DNA of 64,000 nt, taken from contig MCFE01000045.1 in assembly GCA_002104905.1 (NCBI GenBank), positions 1 through 64,000 of the forward strand, read 5' to 3'. Position numbers and translations under genes: made by a program. This DNA is from Basidiobolus meristosporus CBS 931.73. Taxonomy: Eukaryota > Fungi > Basidiobolomycota. The first letter of the stretch is position 1. Every line of letters starts with the position of its first letter. Below, piece after piece: positions 33,096 through 45,879 of this stretch. The notes under the pieces are model-generated. The model did no database searches, was not told where the DNA came from, and worked only from the letters and a program-made list of their open reading frames with translations.

Positions 33096-36000
33096 CTAAG
33101 CATCTGTGTCTTGCGTTTCTGCTTTGAGGCTGGATGTTCTGGACATCGGGGTGGCCACCCGGGGCGCTACTTTGGGGCTTTGCGTATCCTGGGCCGTAGA
33201 TGGTGTAACCGGTCTCGAGTTGATACCGGTCACACCAGAGGTGGATCTTTCCAGTAGTGCGATCCTTTGCTCCATAGCGTGCACGTACCGTCTGGCTTTC
33301 TCCATCTCCATCTCCTTCATCATCAGGGCTTGCTTGTAGTCCTGCTCCTTCATGTGGTACATCATATCTTGTCTGCGAACGTATTCCACCATGTCTGTGC
33401 ACTTCACCGTCAACGAATACACCTCTTGCTGCATGTTCATCAGGAGAGTGACCAACTCGGATTTCTCGGTGAGCAGAGTTTGTACGAACTTCAGCATGTC
33501 ATCGTGCCCCATATTCTGCAGATCCGCAAATCCTGGGGGGTGCATGCCCATGGCGTTGGGCATGCTCGGCATGGTGGGTGGCATGGGCATTGCACTGTTC
33601 GGGGCAGCCGCGGCGGCGGGTGGCTCCATAGCAGGTGCTGGGCGAGCCATGCCAGTAACACTCTCCGGTGGAGTGGCTATGCCATGAGCTCCGGGAGCGG
33701 ATTCCACTTCAGGAACTGATCCAGCATGTATAGGGCTTGTTGGGTTCTTGCCTTCATTGGGTGGGTTATCAACACGTCGCCATGTCGATGCTGTATCGGA
33801 TGGTTTCGGGGGATGGTCCCTTTTGGTTTGTTGTTGAGACTGAGCAGAGTTGCTTTTGGCAATTCCAGGTGGCGGATTCAGCTTTCCTGCAGTGGCAGTG
33901 ATCGACTCAGGTTGCGTAGTGGAAACATGTGGAGAAGGGGTTCGTGCAGGTGGATTGGGTTTGGCGAGTTTAGGTGCTTTCTCCGGCTCAGGTGCTGGCA
34001 AGCTAACAGTATCGGCGAATGAAAGTGGCTTGCTGGGTGGGACAGGGTTCTTGGTGGTTTTCGTTGGGCGATTAGGTGCAGCGGCTGCCTTTTGCGTTTT
34101 CCCGGTCGCACCATTCGGTTTTGCTGCAACTGCAGTATCGGTCTTTGGCTTGTCTGAAGCACTATTGGTGGTGGGTGAGCTTTCCACCGAGACCTTGGTT
34201 TTAACCGCCAATTCGGTTACTGGCGGTTGGGAGGTGACGTGCGCAAATGATAACCCAGGTGGAGGTGATTGGGATTTGGCTGCCTTGAGCTTGGGAGGCG
34301 GGATGTAAGACTCTGGTGCACGGGGCTTCTCTGGCTGTGTCACGGGGGCTTTGGGTGCTGATGAGGAAGCCTTAGCCTCTGGCACATTAGGCTTGTCGGA
34401 TTTTCCTTGAGGTTGCATGGAAGGGGCTTTAGAGGCTACAGGTGAAGGTGTGGATTCTGCTGCATCTGCTTTTTCGGACTTGGCTTGGGGTTGGGTACTG
34501 GTCGCCATAGGGATCGCGCGGTCAGCTGGTGGAAGTTGGTCTGCCTTATTTTGACTCTCGTTGCCCTTCACCCCAGCTGTAGAAGCCACTTTCGAGAGGA
34601 GTGGCTTTGTGGGTTTTTCCTTAAGTTCCTGCGATACTTGTGGTTTACTGGGGGCTTTTGCAACATTGGTTGTGTTGATTGCCTCTGGCAGCTTTAACTT
34701 TTCTTCCACTGGGCTTGACGCAGTGGAGGAAGCAACACTGGTGTTGTCAGCAGCATTCTTCTTGTTCTTCTTCTTCTTCTTCTTGTTTGCCTTGCCCTTC
34801 GCTTCCGTATCCAAATCGGAAGAATCCAACGAATCTGTGTCGTTGTATATGCCAAGAAGCATCCGCTCTTTATGCACAGAGACGCGTTCTTCAATCAAAC
34901 GAAGGCCCTCTCGGAGGAAAAGTTTTCCCAAGACGGCGCCAAGCGTAGTGCGACCTGTGCTGACGCCTGCATCAAATTGCTCCTTGATGTCTTGCTTGCG
35001 AGCTCTAATCGAATCGACAAGCTCTTGGTGCTGCTCGATTAGCTCCTTCAGCTTGGCAGGTTCGAGATCTTCCGCGTGGAGCATTTGTACACCCAAACAT
35101 GGAACCAAAATCTGCGATAACTCCCGGGAAGAGAGGAAGGTTTTCATTTGGGAAACACACCAGATTCTTGCCGCTTGGCCGAGTGCCTCTACCCTCTTGA
35201 TCTTTTTCTTGAAATCCTTGTTGGCGGCCTTCTCGAGGCGTCCGTGCAAGGTGGATTGGGACTCGTTCAACCAAGCCTCCTTGATGCTGTCCAGCTCCCC
35301 ATAGATCTCGGTCAGCTTCACCCCAAATTCAACATCCAGCTGAGATAGCTTCGCCTCCATCTGCTGGTTCAGTCCCTGCAGCAGCTCCAGCACCTTGTCC
35401 GATTTATTCTCCAGCTCAGCCTGGAACTTCCCGGACCCGTTGTTCCTGTAATGCTCCCGGGCAAGATTGACTACAGACGTGGAGGCTTGGAAGAGATCCC
35501 GAATCAATTGCTGGCAGAGCTCAATCTGTGGCTGAAGGAATTCTTCTTTCCACGACTCGAAGCTCTGTCGCACATTGCTCAGGAACTTGAAGAAGGTGTC
35601 GTCGATCTCATCGGCGGTTGCGGTGGATGATTTGTCACTCTTTTTTCCCTTGGATTTTTTGTGGATCTCAGCCACCGGTGACCAATAGTCGTTGAAGGTT
35701 TGGAGGATCTCCTGGTGTTTCTGGTTGAAATGGGATACCTTCTGGAAGCAGCCCTCCCCGGCAATATCCGACCGAACATACTCGATCTTTTTGATTTCGT
35801 CCAGGAAGGCGCGTGTGTTGTCCCACACCGAGCCCAGCTGCTGTAGCATGGCGGCTCCAGAGGACTTGGCCTCCTTGGCTATGGCGGAATTGATGATATT
35901 CTGGAAGGACTCTAAATCTGAGGGGGTATTATCTTTCGTTGGAGAATGTTCACAAGTGGGATTGTCATGGTTGGCAAGGATCTTGGGAGTGATGGTTCGA

Positions 36001-36575
36001 AGTAGGGGGAAATCCGCCGCTAGAATGGTAAGTTGCGACTTCTCGCTCTCCACTTTGAGTATAAGTTGACTGGGATCTTCTGGATCTTTGGTCAGGGCGA
36101 TGGCTTCAGGAGAAGCGTCGTGAGTGATGGGGGCGAAGATCGCATCTAACGCGAGAGTGGTGGCCGATTTTCGAACAAGGTATTCGCCCACCATATCATG
36201 GATGTACATTAGGATACTTTCCCCATCTTTCTCCTGGTCTAATCTGGATTGGAGGTCCTGCTCAAACTGGTGAATGAACTCTTTGACTTTCTCTCTGGGT
36301 GGGGTGACGACCGAGACGTCCGCCGCCTTCTTGCGGGTTTTGTTTCCTACGGAGAAGTGTTTTTTGTGAATCAGTTGGGCCCATTCTCGGCAGTAGAAGC
36401 AGGCGTAACCGTCGCAGGCTCGGAATTTGTTGACCTCTTTCGAAAGATTTGAGGCGTCAATACGTATGTCCGTGATAGGCTTTGAAGAGTCTCCCTTAAG
36501 AACACCAGGCTTGACCCTTAGGGCGATCATTTTGTTGACGATGGCGGTGGGATTTAAAACAAGATCGTTGGCCAT
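33096..36575 (-). CDS. Large hypothetical protein: coiled coils, Lys-rich patch, long Pro/Ser/Ala-rich disordered region
   Basis: 1159-aa open frame. In-phase upstream exons are possible (KKSLILINLDGHLV|YIIFFSLNM), so the start may lie near 37.0 kb. Confidence 0.8.
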   Translation of the reverse strand: MANDLVLNPTAIVNKMIALRVKPGVLKGDSSKPITDIRIDASNLSKEVNKFRACDGYACFYCREWAQLIHKKHFSVGNKTRKKAADVSVVTPPREKVKEFIHQFEQDLQSRLDQEKDGESILMYIHDMVGEYLVRKSATTLALDAIFAPITHDASPEAIALTKDPEDPSQLILKVESEKSQLTILAADFPLLRTITPKILANHDNPTCEHSPTKDNTPSDLESFQNIINSAIAKEAKSSGAAMLQQLGSVWDNTRAFLDEIKKIEYVRSDIAGEGCFQKVSHFNQKHQEILQTFNDYWSPVAEIHKKSKGKKSDKSSTATADEIDDTFFKFLSNVRQSFESWKEEFLQPQIELCQQLIRDLFQASTSVVNLAREHYRNNGSGKFQAELENKSDKVLELLQGLNQQMEAKLSQLDVEFGVKLTEIYGELDSIKEAWLNESQSTLHGRLEKAANKDFKKKIKRVEALGQAARIWCVSQMKTFLSSRELSQILVPCLGVQMLHAEDLEPAKLKELIEQHQELVDSIRARKQDIKEQFDAGVSTGRTTLGAVLGKLFLREGLRLIEERVSVHKERMLLGIYNDTDSLDSSDLDTEAKGKANKKKKKKNKKNAADNTSVASSTASSPVEEKLKLPEAINTTNVAKAPSKPQVSQELKEKPTKPLLSKVASTAGVKGNESQNKADQLPPADRAIPMATSTQPQAKSEKADAAESTPSPVASKAPSMQPQGKSDKPNVPEAKASSSAPKAPVTQPEKPRAPESYIPPPKLKAAKSQSPPPGLSFAHVTSQPPVTELAVKTKVSVESSPTTNSASDKPKTDTAVAAKPNGATGKTQKAAAAPNRPTKTTKNPVPPSKPLSFADTVSLPAPEPEKAPKLAKPNPPARTPSPHVSTTQPESITATAGKLNPPPGIAKSNSAQSQQQTKRDHPPKPSDTASTWRRVDNPPNEGKNPTSPIHAGSVPEVESAPGAHGIATPPESVTGMARPAPAMEPPAAAAAPNSAMPMPPTMPSMPNAMGMHPPGFADLQNMGHDDMLKFVQTLLTEKSELVTLLMNMQQEVYSLTVKCTDMVEYVRRQDMMYHMKEQDYKQALMMKEMEMEKARRYVHAMEQRIALLERSTSGVTGINSRPVTPSTAQDTQSPKVAPRVATPMSRTSSLKAETQDTDA

Positions 36576-37054
36576 ATTGAGTGAAAAGAATATGATATAC
36601 TACACCAAAAGAACAGAGTTGAAAGGAGAGCAGTGGGAAATCTATCACCACAAGTGCGAATTTACCACCAAATGCCCGTCGAGATTGATTAAAATCAAAC
36701 TTTTTTTCTACCCGATTAACCATTTCTTAACTATCTTGCGTAAGTTTCCGCTTTGGTATGGGTGGGAAATACCTTCCTTGGGTCGATGTCTGAGGAATAG
36801 GGAGGACTTGGGCGGTCGATAATTGGCACAGCTTGACTGTGTCTGACATCCGAGTCCCTGGATAGAACCGCCCACCTCTACCAACCCAGCAACTGCGACT
36901 ATCGGGGCTAAACCACATGAGGTGGTCAAAATCCCGATAAGCATGAATCGCTTGCTGATTCAGCTGATAATGAGGGGATTTCATTTCATCAACGACGTCA
37001 TAACCCGCTTTAAATGCCTCGGACACATGCCGTGGACCATTGAACTACTACACG

Positions 37055-38310
37055 ATGGCCACACACATTTTGATCCTAGGAGGGGGAGCGGCTGGTATAT
37101 TGTCTGCGCTGAAGCTTTCCACCATCAAGAGTCGATACGACCTGGAAGTCACCCTGGTGGATCCGAAATCCTACTTCGAATACACCCCCGGAATCATCTC
37201 GGTACTGGGGACCAGGCTGGACGAACTCGAGAAGAGATTTGAGGCCATCACTCAAGCTTATGAGACGCTTCTACCTTCTTGGGGGATCAAGTTCGTCCAA
37301 GGGGAGGTGGAGGAGGTAAACGACTCGGAAGGTACTTTGGATTTCTCTAGAAACGGTGTCCGTGCAGCCAAAACTAACCAACCACTTTTCAAGTCATCCT
37401 TACGTCCCAAACCCATCTGGCCTACACGTATCTGATCGTCGCTACGGGCTCTTCGTACCCGTTTCCCTTCAAACCCACCACCACGCAGCTAACATACGCG
37501 GAGCGACTCGAAGCACTCCGGGCCGACAGGGCAAGCCTCGAGGCAGCCGAGCGAGTACTATGCGTTGGTCTGGGTCCGGTGGGCGTTGAGATGGTAGGTG
37601 AGCTGGTTGGCACCAAACAACTGACTGTCGTTCATGGGGGTACCGAGGTATTACCAAGGCTCGGCGGGGAAAAGTTTGGGAACAAGGTGTTGAGCGTGTT
37701 GAAGAAGAACCATGCCCACGTGATCCTGGGGGAAAAGGCCGAGGAGCAACCAAGCGCGGACGGTCAGTCGACCAGAGCCTTCGTCACCGACAAGACTCAC
37801 CAAAGGTTGGAGGCCGAGAAGGTCTACATCAGCAACGGGCTTCTCCCCAACACCCGCTGTCTGGTCCGGAACTACGCCGCCTCTCTAAACCGCGGCTTCG
37901 TCCGGGTGAACGAATACTTCCAGATCCCCGGCCACGAGAAGATCTTCTGCATCGGGGATATCATCGACATCGACGAGGAAAAGCTCTACTTCACCGCCCA
38001 TATGCAGGCCGTCCATCTGTTCAAGAATCTTTCGGCCATACTTGCCGCCCGTTCCGCCGGCCAGGAGCCAACCCTTGCCCCGTACCCCGGTGTGCGCCTG
38101 GCCGTGGTGCTCAGCATCGGACCCTCCCGGGGGATCACCTACATAGATCCCCTCGTGAGCATGGTCGGGTTCGGCCGAGGCAGCCTGTTGGCAGGAGTGA
38201 TGAAGTGGTGCATCGAAAAGATCACCATGGAGCCGTCGATCAAGATGTGGATCAACGAGGGCCTGTATTTCGTCCAGAAGCACCGGACCCTGAAGGCGAA
38301 GCTCGACTGA
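37055..38310 (+). CDS. AIF/AMID (FSP1)-like FAD-dependent pyridine nucleotide-disulfide oxidoreductase
   Basis: MATHILILGGGAAG; intron 37332-37393 joins to YTYLIVATGSSYPFP, VGLGPVGVEMVGE, IFCIGDI. Confidence 0.9.
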
Positions 38311-38738
38311 GTGATGTTTGGAATATTAACTATCCTACATATTTTTATTATACGATTAAAGAACTTACGAAAATACTCGAGATGAAGAAAGTATATGCTG
38401 ATATTTACTAGGGACATCTGGCGGGGCGTATCCCAGGAAATGTAGAGAAAAAATAAACCGAATATAGTAAGAGCAATAATGTTGGGATGAATGGTGACGA
38501 GAGGAGAGGAGAGGGGAGGGGAGGGGAGGGGGAAATATGGCTCTACAATCTCCATACGGAAACAACTAAAAAGATAGGACTCCAGCTAGGTGGACATTCT
38601 CGAAATCGATCGTATCTTTTGGTAATAAAATATAATAAAGTAAACTAAATAATTTCAACTGGCGTTGCTTGAATGATTCTCCGAATCAGAACGTGTATGT
38701 CCTGGAATCTCAAAACTCGACCGAGCATCGCGTGGCCC

Positions 38739-41700
38739 TTAGTAGTGCTGACGGAATGTTGGGTGGTTATCGGAGGAAACTACATTATCACTAGAAAATT
38801 TATCTACAGAAAATTCGGTGGACGAGGTAAGGCCCCCGATGGCTTGACTGGCCGATCCGTTGTCGTTACTCTTTGCAGTGTTTCCAAAACGCGGTTGAGA
38901 GGTCATGGTGGATGGGTTCTCTTGATTTTCTTGCTTCTGATACTGGAGCTGTTGCAGCTGCATTTGAAGCTGCTGTTGCTGCAACTGCTGTAATTGCTGT
39001 TGGAGTTGCTGTGGGTTCTGGCTGAGGTTTTGGTATTGGTTTTGGGCGAGGTAGTTGGGGTTGTTCCCCTGGACCATCGGTCCGTTGACCATCCCGGGGA
39101 TGTTCATCATAGCATATGGGTAGGTGTTCAAGAGGGAGTTGTACATGCTGGCGTTGACATACATGTTGTTGTACGCCGCCTGGGGGTAGCCAGCTCCCAT
39201 CTGAGGGTTGGCCAATAGAGCATTGAACAGTGGGTGTTGCCCAGCTCCCTGGAATTGAAGTGGATTGCCAACGCCAGAGCCACTGCCCTGTAGGCCACTT
39301 TGAGAATTGAGCTTGGAATTTACGTCATGGTTGTTGGGGAAGGTGTAGCCGGCCCCGGCTAGGTCGGAGTACTGCTTGAGGCCAAAGCCTAGCCCTAGTT
39401 CTTCCATCAACCGGCGATATCCTTGCACCTGGTGAACCTGGAGCTTACCAAGCATCAACTTGACTCGCTCCGAGAACTTGCCCTTATCTGCTTCTTCGAT
39501 ATAGTTGCTAGCCAGAATCTTCTGGATAAGACCGACGCCGTGAACTTGGTCGCTAAGAACATCCTCCAGGACCTGGTCTTGCATGAACAACCCTTGCAAA
39601 AGAAGATCCCGAGCATCAGGCTCTACCTTTTGATTGATCATCTTGAAGAAGGTCAACGAAGCAAGCTTGTGGGTGCAGAGGTGGCTCAAATGGTTGATAA
39701 ACTGAGGAGCCAAGGCTCTGTACCGTCCTGCCAAGTTGGACGAGTCGAGAAGCCATGTAAGAAGAAGCGATCCGTTGGGGTTGGTGGCCAAAAGAAGTGC
39801 GTTGTGGACAAGAGCAACCGAAACAAGCCTCTGCTGACGCTTGGTAGTATATTGACTCTCAAGGCAAGCACGGATGGCGCGAGCACCAAATCTACCCTGG
39901 GCAACCTCCCAGCAACGCGCATGGATAGCGTCATAAATGAATTGGTTACGCTGTGGTCCCAAACGGAGGCAGCATTGTATAACATAATTGCCAAACTGAT
40001 CCAGAAGCAACGGCGGCGCGAAAGGCTTCAAAGAATTAACGATGGGCTGCATCTGGGCAGGTGTAGATGCGCAGTCGATCATTTTCTGGATGGCCCAGGT
40101 GCCGTTCTTGTGGATTCCGATGGATGCCATATGTGGAGCTACTCTCTCGATCAACATCAACTTGTGGCTGTCCCCACCACGCTCCATCAACTTTTGAATG
40201 ACGGTATTACCAATGTAATCTATAGAAGAGCCAGGTAAGAAGCCTGCATCAATGTTGAAGCATATAATCATATGTTACCTGAGCATAAATCAACGGAATC
40301 GTCATACAACTCGTGGAAGGCTGACTCGACATCCTTGGCTGAAGACGTATGACTATCAAGCCTCTTACGGATCTCTCGCAAACGAGATTGATCAATCTTG
40401 CGATTGAGGTTTGGCTCCGGAATGGGCGGGAGTGAGGATGCGTATGGGAAAGCGATCAGCTTGTCATCCATCACCAGAGGACCCAATAAATCTACGGTTT
40501 CGTATGTTCCAGGGCTGTTGTTCAGCGCGGAGCTAAGGGAGGACTCTTGCTCACCAGCAGATGAGCTGACAGAGTTTCCACCCAATGAAGTGACGCTCGA
40601 ACTCCAAGGAGCCATGGAAGTGGAGGCTTGAGAGAGCGTGGACGAGAAGGGAAGGCCAAATGGCGTAGCACCGATTTTGGAGGTGGTGGAATCCTTTGGT
40701 GGGACTTTGGCGTAGCCAATTCTCACCGCAGATCCATAAATCTCCTTGTTGTTCATTTCCTTTCTTGCTTTGGCGGCATCTTCTACTTTTTCGAAGTTGA
40801 CAAATCCGCAGTTCTTATGGGTAAGAATTCGTGCCGATTCGATAGCCCCGAAGGGAGCGAAAACCGCCTGAAGCGCAGCAGGAGTAATAGAGGCCGAGAT
40901 ATTGCCAATCCCTATTTCATAGGATGCAAGTTAGAACCTGGAACCAAACTCCACAGGAAAGATTCATGCAAACGTACATAAGGCCCTAGTGGGCTGCATT
41001 GTCTGTGCGTCAGAAGTATAGATATCGGCCTACAGGAACGAACTTGACTAAGCAATGGCTCACAAGGAGGTACACTCTTCAGCACATACCTTGCCATAAC
41101 CAACCCGAATGATGCAGTTTCCTACTCTTCCACCTTGCATCTCCTCACGTGCACGTATAGCATCCTCAATTTTGACATAGTTGACAAACGCGCACTCTTT
41201 CTCGGGGAGTAGGCGGAGAGATTCGATGGGTCCGTATGGCGAAAAGATTGACATAAGATCAGCAGTTGTTAAAGAGCTATCGATATTCCCGATCCATAGT
41301 GAACGAGTAGGTGTCATATGGTCGGCAGCAGATAACTCGAGAGGATCCATGTACTGTAAAAAGGTTTCATGTTAAAAGGCTTCGCTAAGCATCACAGTGT
41401 CCCTGGAATTACCTCGTGCTCAAAGTCGTTTCCACTCTCGAATGAGTGTCTATGGCTCAAAAGCTATATATCACGAAGTGTTTAGCGCACGGTTGAAAGG
41501 GATCGATGAAGAAATAGCTAGCATACATTCTCAGAGCCACTTAGCCCCATGCTTTGCATAGATCCATTGTCGTTGAGCATCATGTTCTCATTGCTGTACT
41601 TTCCACCGACGGATACCTCGGAGCTCGAAGAGTTGTCGATAGGCGTGAAGAAGCTCTGCGGCGCTTCCAAAAACCCAACAGAAATAGCACGAGTGCGAGA

Positions 41701-42701
41701 TGGAGTATTTCTGAGGTGCTGGAGAGCTGGTGGGAGGGGTGTCATCATTTCATCGCCGTAGTTTGCAGTGGAAGACATGGAATGGGAACGGAGTCGCCCA
41801 AGGGATGCCCTCAAATTAGTGACAGCTACAACAGCAAAAGATTTCATTAATACATAATCTAGCGGCAAACCAGTTCACTTCTACCATCAACTTACACTTC
41901 GCCTCAGGTGGTGAATCGTATCTGGTACCGCCAAGACTATCGTTGAGTGGGCGGGATGAGTGATTCGACGAATCATCCAAACCAAGATAGTCCAGCGTTT
42001 GAATGACAGGATTAACGGAATCGTCATTGCTTTCGGTATATTCGCTTTTGTCGTTTCCATCGTCGGGGTTGACTTGCCAAGGAGAGAAAACGCTCGACCC
42101 AAAAGTGCTCGAAAATGCAGAGGAAGGAATGCTCAAAGAATTACCGCGGGAACGAGCAGTATTCCCACTACTCATTCGTGTGGGAGTAGTGGTGCCTGAA
42201 GTAGGATAATTGCTTCCGATTGGGGAAGCCTCGGAAGAAGTGCCAGGAGATACACTACGGAAAGGATATCTGGACAGTGAAGAAGGCATGGTATCTGCAC
42301 GTGCTCTTCTAGTAGTAGGGAAACTGCTAGAACTAAGCCCCGAAGAACCAGAAAGAGAGTCTAATAATGAGAGGCCAAGCTTAGACTCTGGGGTTTTAGA
42401 ACGAGAGCCTTCATCAAGAAGAGAGCCATTATATGATCCAAGTAAGGAGTTGACTGAAGAAGTATGAGTGGGAGAACGATAGGGCAATATGCCTTCTTCA
42501 GCTTGGATTTCCATAGTTCTACAAATCATCGGTTGCAATCAGCACAAAACTCAGAGAAACCCAGGATTCCTTCGACCTAGGAAACTAGGAAAAAGAAGAA
42601 TACCTTTTCGAAAGAAGTCTCTCGGGTATTCCTGTCGGAGAAGACATGGATGGTGAAGTTGATAACCCCCGAAGAGGATCGGGAGTCGGAGATTTAGACA
42701 T
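38739..42701 (-). CDS. Jsn1/Puf2-like RNA-binding protein (two RRMs plus Pumilio repeats, Q-rich tail); multi-exon
   Basis: RRM exons TRSLWIGNID...CAFVNY and ...AVRIGYAK; Pumilio repeats GTWAIQKMI, FGNYVIQCCL, FGARAIRACLE; Ser-rich N-terminus. Confidence 0.9.
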
Positions 42702-43908
42702 TTTCTGTGCGCTTAACACCCTTAAATAAACTTGAAAAGTGAAAACTATTGGTAAGTATTCGTACGAATGGAGTGTAGTTAAGTCGAGGGTAGGAAACAT
42801 TTCCAAACTGCCAATTCATATTTTCGATCAAGAACGATGACTAAAAGGAATCCAGCATTTCCTGTAGGTTCATCAGCAAAACTATGACTATAACGTACCA
42901 ATAGAACTCTAGCAGAAAAGACGATAAGTGCGACCCGCTGCCAAGGGCTCAGAGGAAAAGGTAATCGAATGGAGAAAAAAACAAGTGAAGGACAAAGGGG
43001 CAAAGAACGAGGAAAACAGCGCTCAGTGAGAGGAAGAGCCAGATAATTAAAGGCCACACAATGTCTGGACCTGTGATTATCGATGATTTCTTATATTAGA
43101 GATCAATGAATAGACTATTTTAAAATAGGAGTCGTAATGAATCAATCCTTCCCATTTTTCCCAAAACACGTGGAATACGAATACAAGACCCTGAGTTGCT
43201 CTCAGCCAGCATCAGAGTGAAAAACAGATGAATTGGCGGTGACCTCATGAGCAATAACCAGCCGTCTGTTCACTTGGTTTCATCGAAGAGGCGAGGCCCC
43301 CCGCACGTTCTCGGGGCTGAATATATGCCTCATTTACAGGCAGCAGTGGAATGGCGACGGCAAGCACTCCTAGTGCTTACGTCCTCGCAAGAGTGTTTCG
43401 TATGTTTTGTTCGTATCTATCTTCCAATCACAAGCCCCCGTATCATCAAGTAAATTTTTACCCCAGGAAACCATCGATATTGGTGAGAAGAAATCACCCA
43501 CATTACTTCCCGCTGAATCATGCTTATTGACACCCCAATTTATTCAGCTGCTCCAGGGAAATGAAATTTTGGGTGAACATCCCACATCCACATCCACATC
43601 CCACATCCCACATATTGCTGTCATCATCGGGATGGCGATGGTTTATCATAATCACCCGGACTATACACACTCCAGATTTTAATCAACATACCCATCAACT
43701 CATGCATTGACAAGACACCGTCTGTTTGCTAAATCAAAATCAAGATCATCATAGATCTTGAGCCAATCAATCCCTGAAAGGTGAGCTGAGACATTGGAAA
43801 ACTTTTGTGAGCGCACGTGATCGAGCTTGTCATTTCTATCTTTTTTTTTCTAACAGTAGCTTGAATCAACCCAACCTCAGGGCAACGGCAGCCGAGTATT
43901 TTCCAAGC

Positions 43909-45098
43909 ATGCGTGAAACAAAAATCTTCTCCGGTACCTCTCATCCTGAGCTTGCTGAGTTGATCACTCAGCGCTTGGGAGAGAAAACCTCCCCTGTCGC
44001 TTTGAAGAAGTTCTCCAATCGCGAGACCTCCATCGAAATCGGTGTCTCTGTGCGTAACCAGGATGTCTTCATCATTCAGTCGGGAGGTTGCGGAAATGTG
44101 AACGACCATCTTATGGAGCTTCTTATCATGATCAACGCCTGTAAGATTGCCTCGGCCAAGCGTATCACCGCTGTCATGCCTGCTTTCCCCTATTCTAAGC
44201 AATCCAAGAAGAAGTCTCGCAGCGCCATCACTGCCAAGTGTGAGTCGACCGTATAATGATGGGTGAAACGCCTTGAATTTTAATCCTTTTGGTTATCTAG
44301 TGATCGCCAACATGCTTACTGTTGCTGGTGTTGACCACATCATTACCCTTGACCTTCACGCTTCGCAAATGCAAGGCTTCTTCAACAAGCCTGTCGACAA
44401 TCTCTTTGCCGAGCCAAATATCGCCAAGTGGATTATGGAGAACGTTCCTGACTACAAGGACGGTGTTGTCGTGTCCAAAAACGCTGGCGGTGCTAAAAGG
44501 TGAGTGATGACGGAGAAGCTGCCTGTAGTTTGGCTAAACTAAGAATGCTGGATAATTTATAGAGTCACATCTCTCGCCGATCGTTTGAATGTGGACTTTG
44601 CATTGATTCACTCGGATCCCAAGGTCCGCTTCCACCAGTCATGTGAATCCGAGACCCAAAACTGCATTACATCCCAAGACGATGAGGGTATTACCTTGGT
44701 TGGTGACGTCAAGGGCCGAGTTGTCTTCCTCTTGGTAAGCAGTCCTAGTACCCGAGATTTACTAGATTTTGGCTAAGTCTATCTGCCTGTAGGATGACAT
44801 GATTGACAGCATCAAGAGCTTCCTCAAGGCCGCTGACCACTTGATGCAAAACTGTGGTGCTCAGCGTGTTTACATCGTAGCTACTCATGGAATTCTCTCC
44901 GGTGACTCGCTGACCAAGCTCGAGAAGTCTAACAGCGTCTACCAGGTTGTAATCACCAACACCATTGCCGTCCCTGCGGAGAAGCGTGCCATGAGCACCA
45001 AGCTCCAAGTCATCGATATCTCTGGCAGTCTTGCCGAGGCCATCCGCCGTATTCACAACGGTGAATCGATCTCCTACCTTTTCCACAATGCTGTTTAA
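43909..45098 (+). CDS. PRS1: Ribose-phosphate pyrophosphokinase, Prs1-like
   Basis: Exons 43909-44239, 44301-44499, 44563-44734, 44793-45098; [49 protein letters not shown]. Confidence 0.93.
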
Positions 45099-45879
45099 TT
45101 AGGACCTGGAAGCATTTGTCAACATTTTTTGAACACCCACTCTTACACGCCATTCCACTACCCTTCTAGACAATAAACCTAACCTGTGTATACTTACATC
45201 CATCGGCAAACCTTTTTTGAAGCGATCACCTTAACTCCAACAGTAAGACGGTTAGGGTTAGATTGGTCTATAAATAGTAACTATTGACTGACTAATAGGC
45301 TGGATGTGCGTGAACCAATAAACAGCAATCCATCTACGAATATGTTGTTCCAAGTCATGATAAGCCATTGCCTTTTCGTTAGTGGAAGCAATGGTTGTCC
45401 GTGTGAAGGGTGGAGGTATTTCAGGATTACTCTAACGTGATTTAACTCTTGAATAATCCAGATTAAATCCCCGTTGAGCGAAGTACTGAGGGAGCCTACA
45501 AATCAAGTAATCCATTACTGTTCTCTGCACCAAATCGACTCCTATCTACGCGGTGACGTGATGGGGAAATATTAATTTAACCCAGAAATATTTAGCTACC
45601 GATCATTAATCCATTAATATGCGATCAGCTAATATCGATTGGCAAGTGTTTGTCGCGTTGACGAAGAGCTTGACACCCTTGATGCTCGCCAATCAGCAAC
45701 TGAATCATTGCTATCGATTTAGGATAATTGCTCTTGCATCTTCAACAACACAGGAGCCGTTCATTTACTAGATCCACTCAGATCAAAGTTAATATGAGGT
45801 GCGAATGACGATGTCCCTTACTAAATTAATCCAGGGCAAATCTAGACGGCCGTTGCTCAGCACCAGTATTTAAGGCGCT

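Noticed and set aside
32637-43615. Simple repeats (GAGCCA at 32637, GGT/G run at 33020, GGAGA at 38500, CACATC at 43580)
   Set aside because: Ordinary short microsatellites with no further structure.
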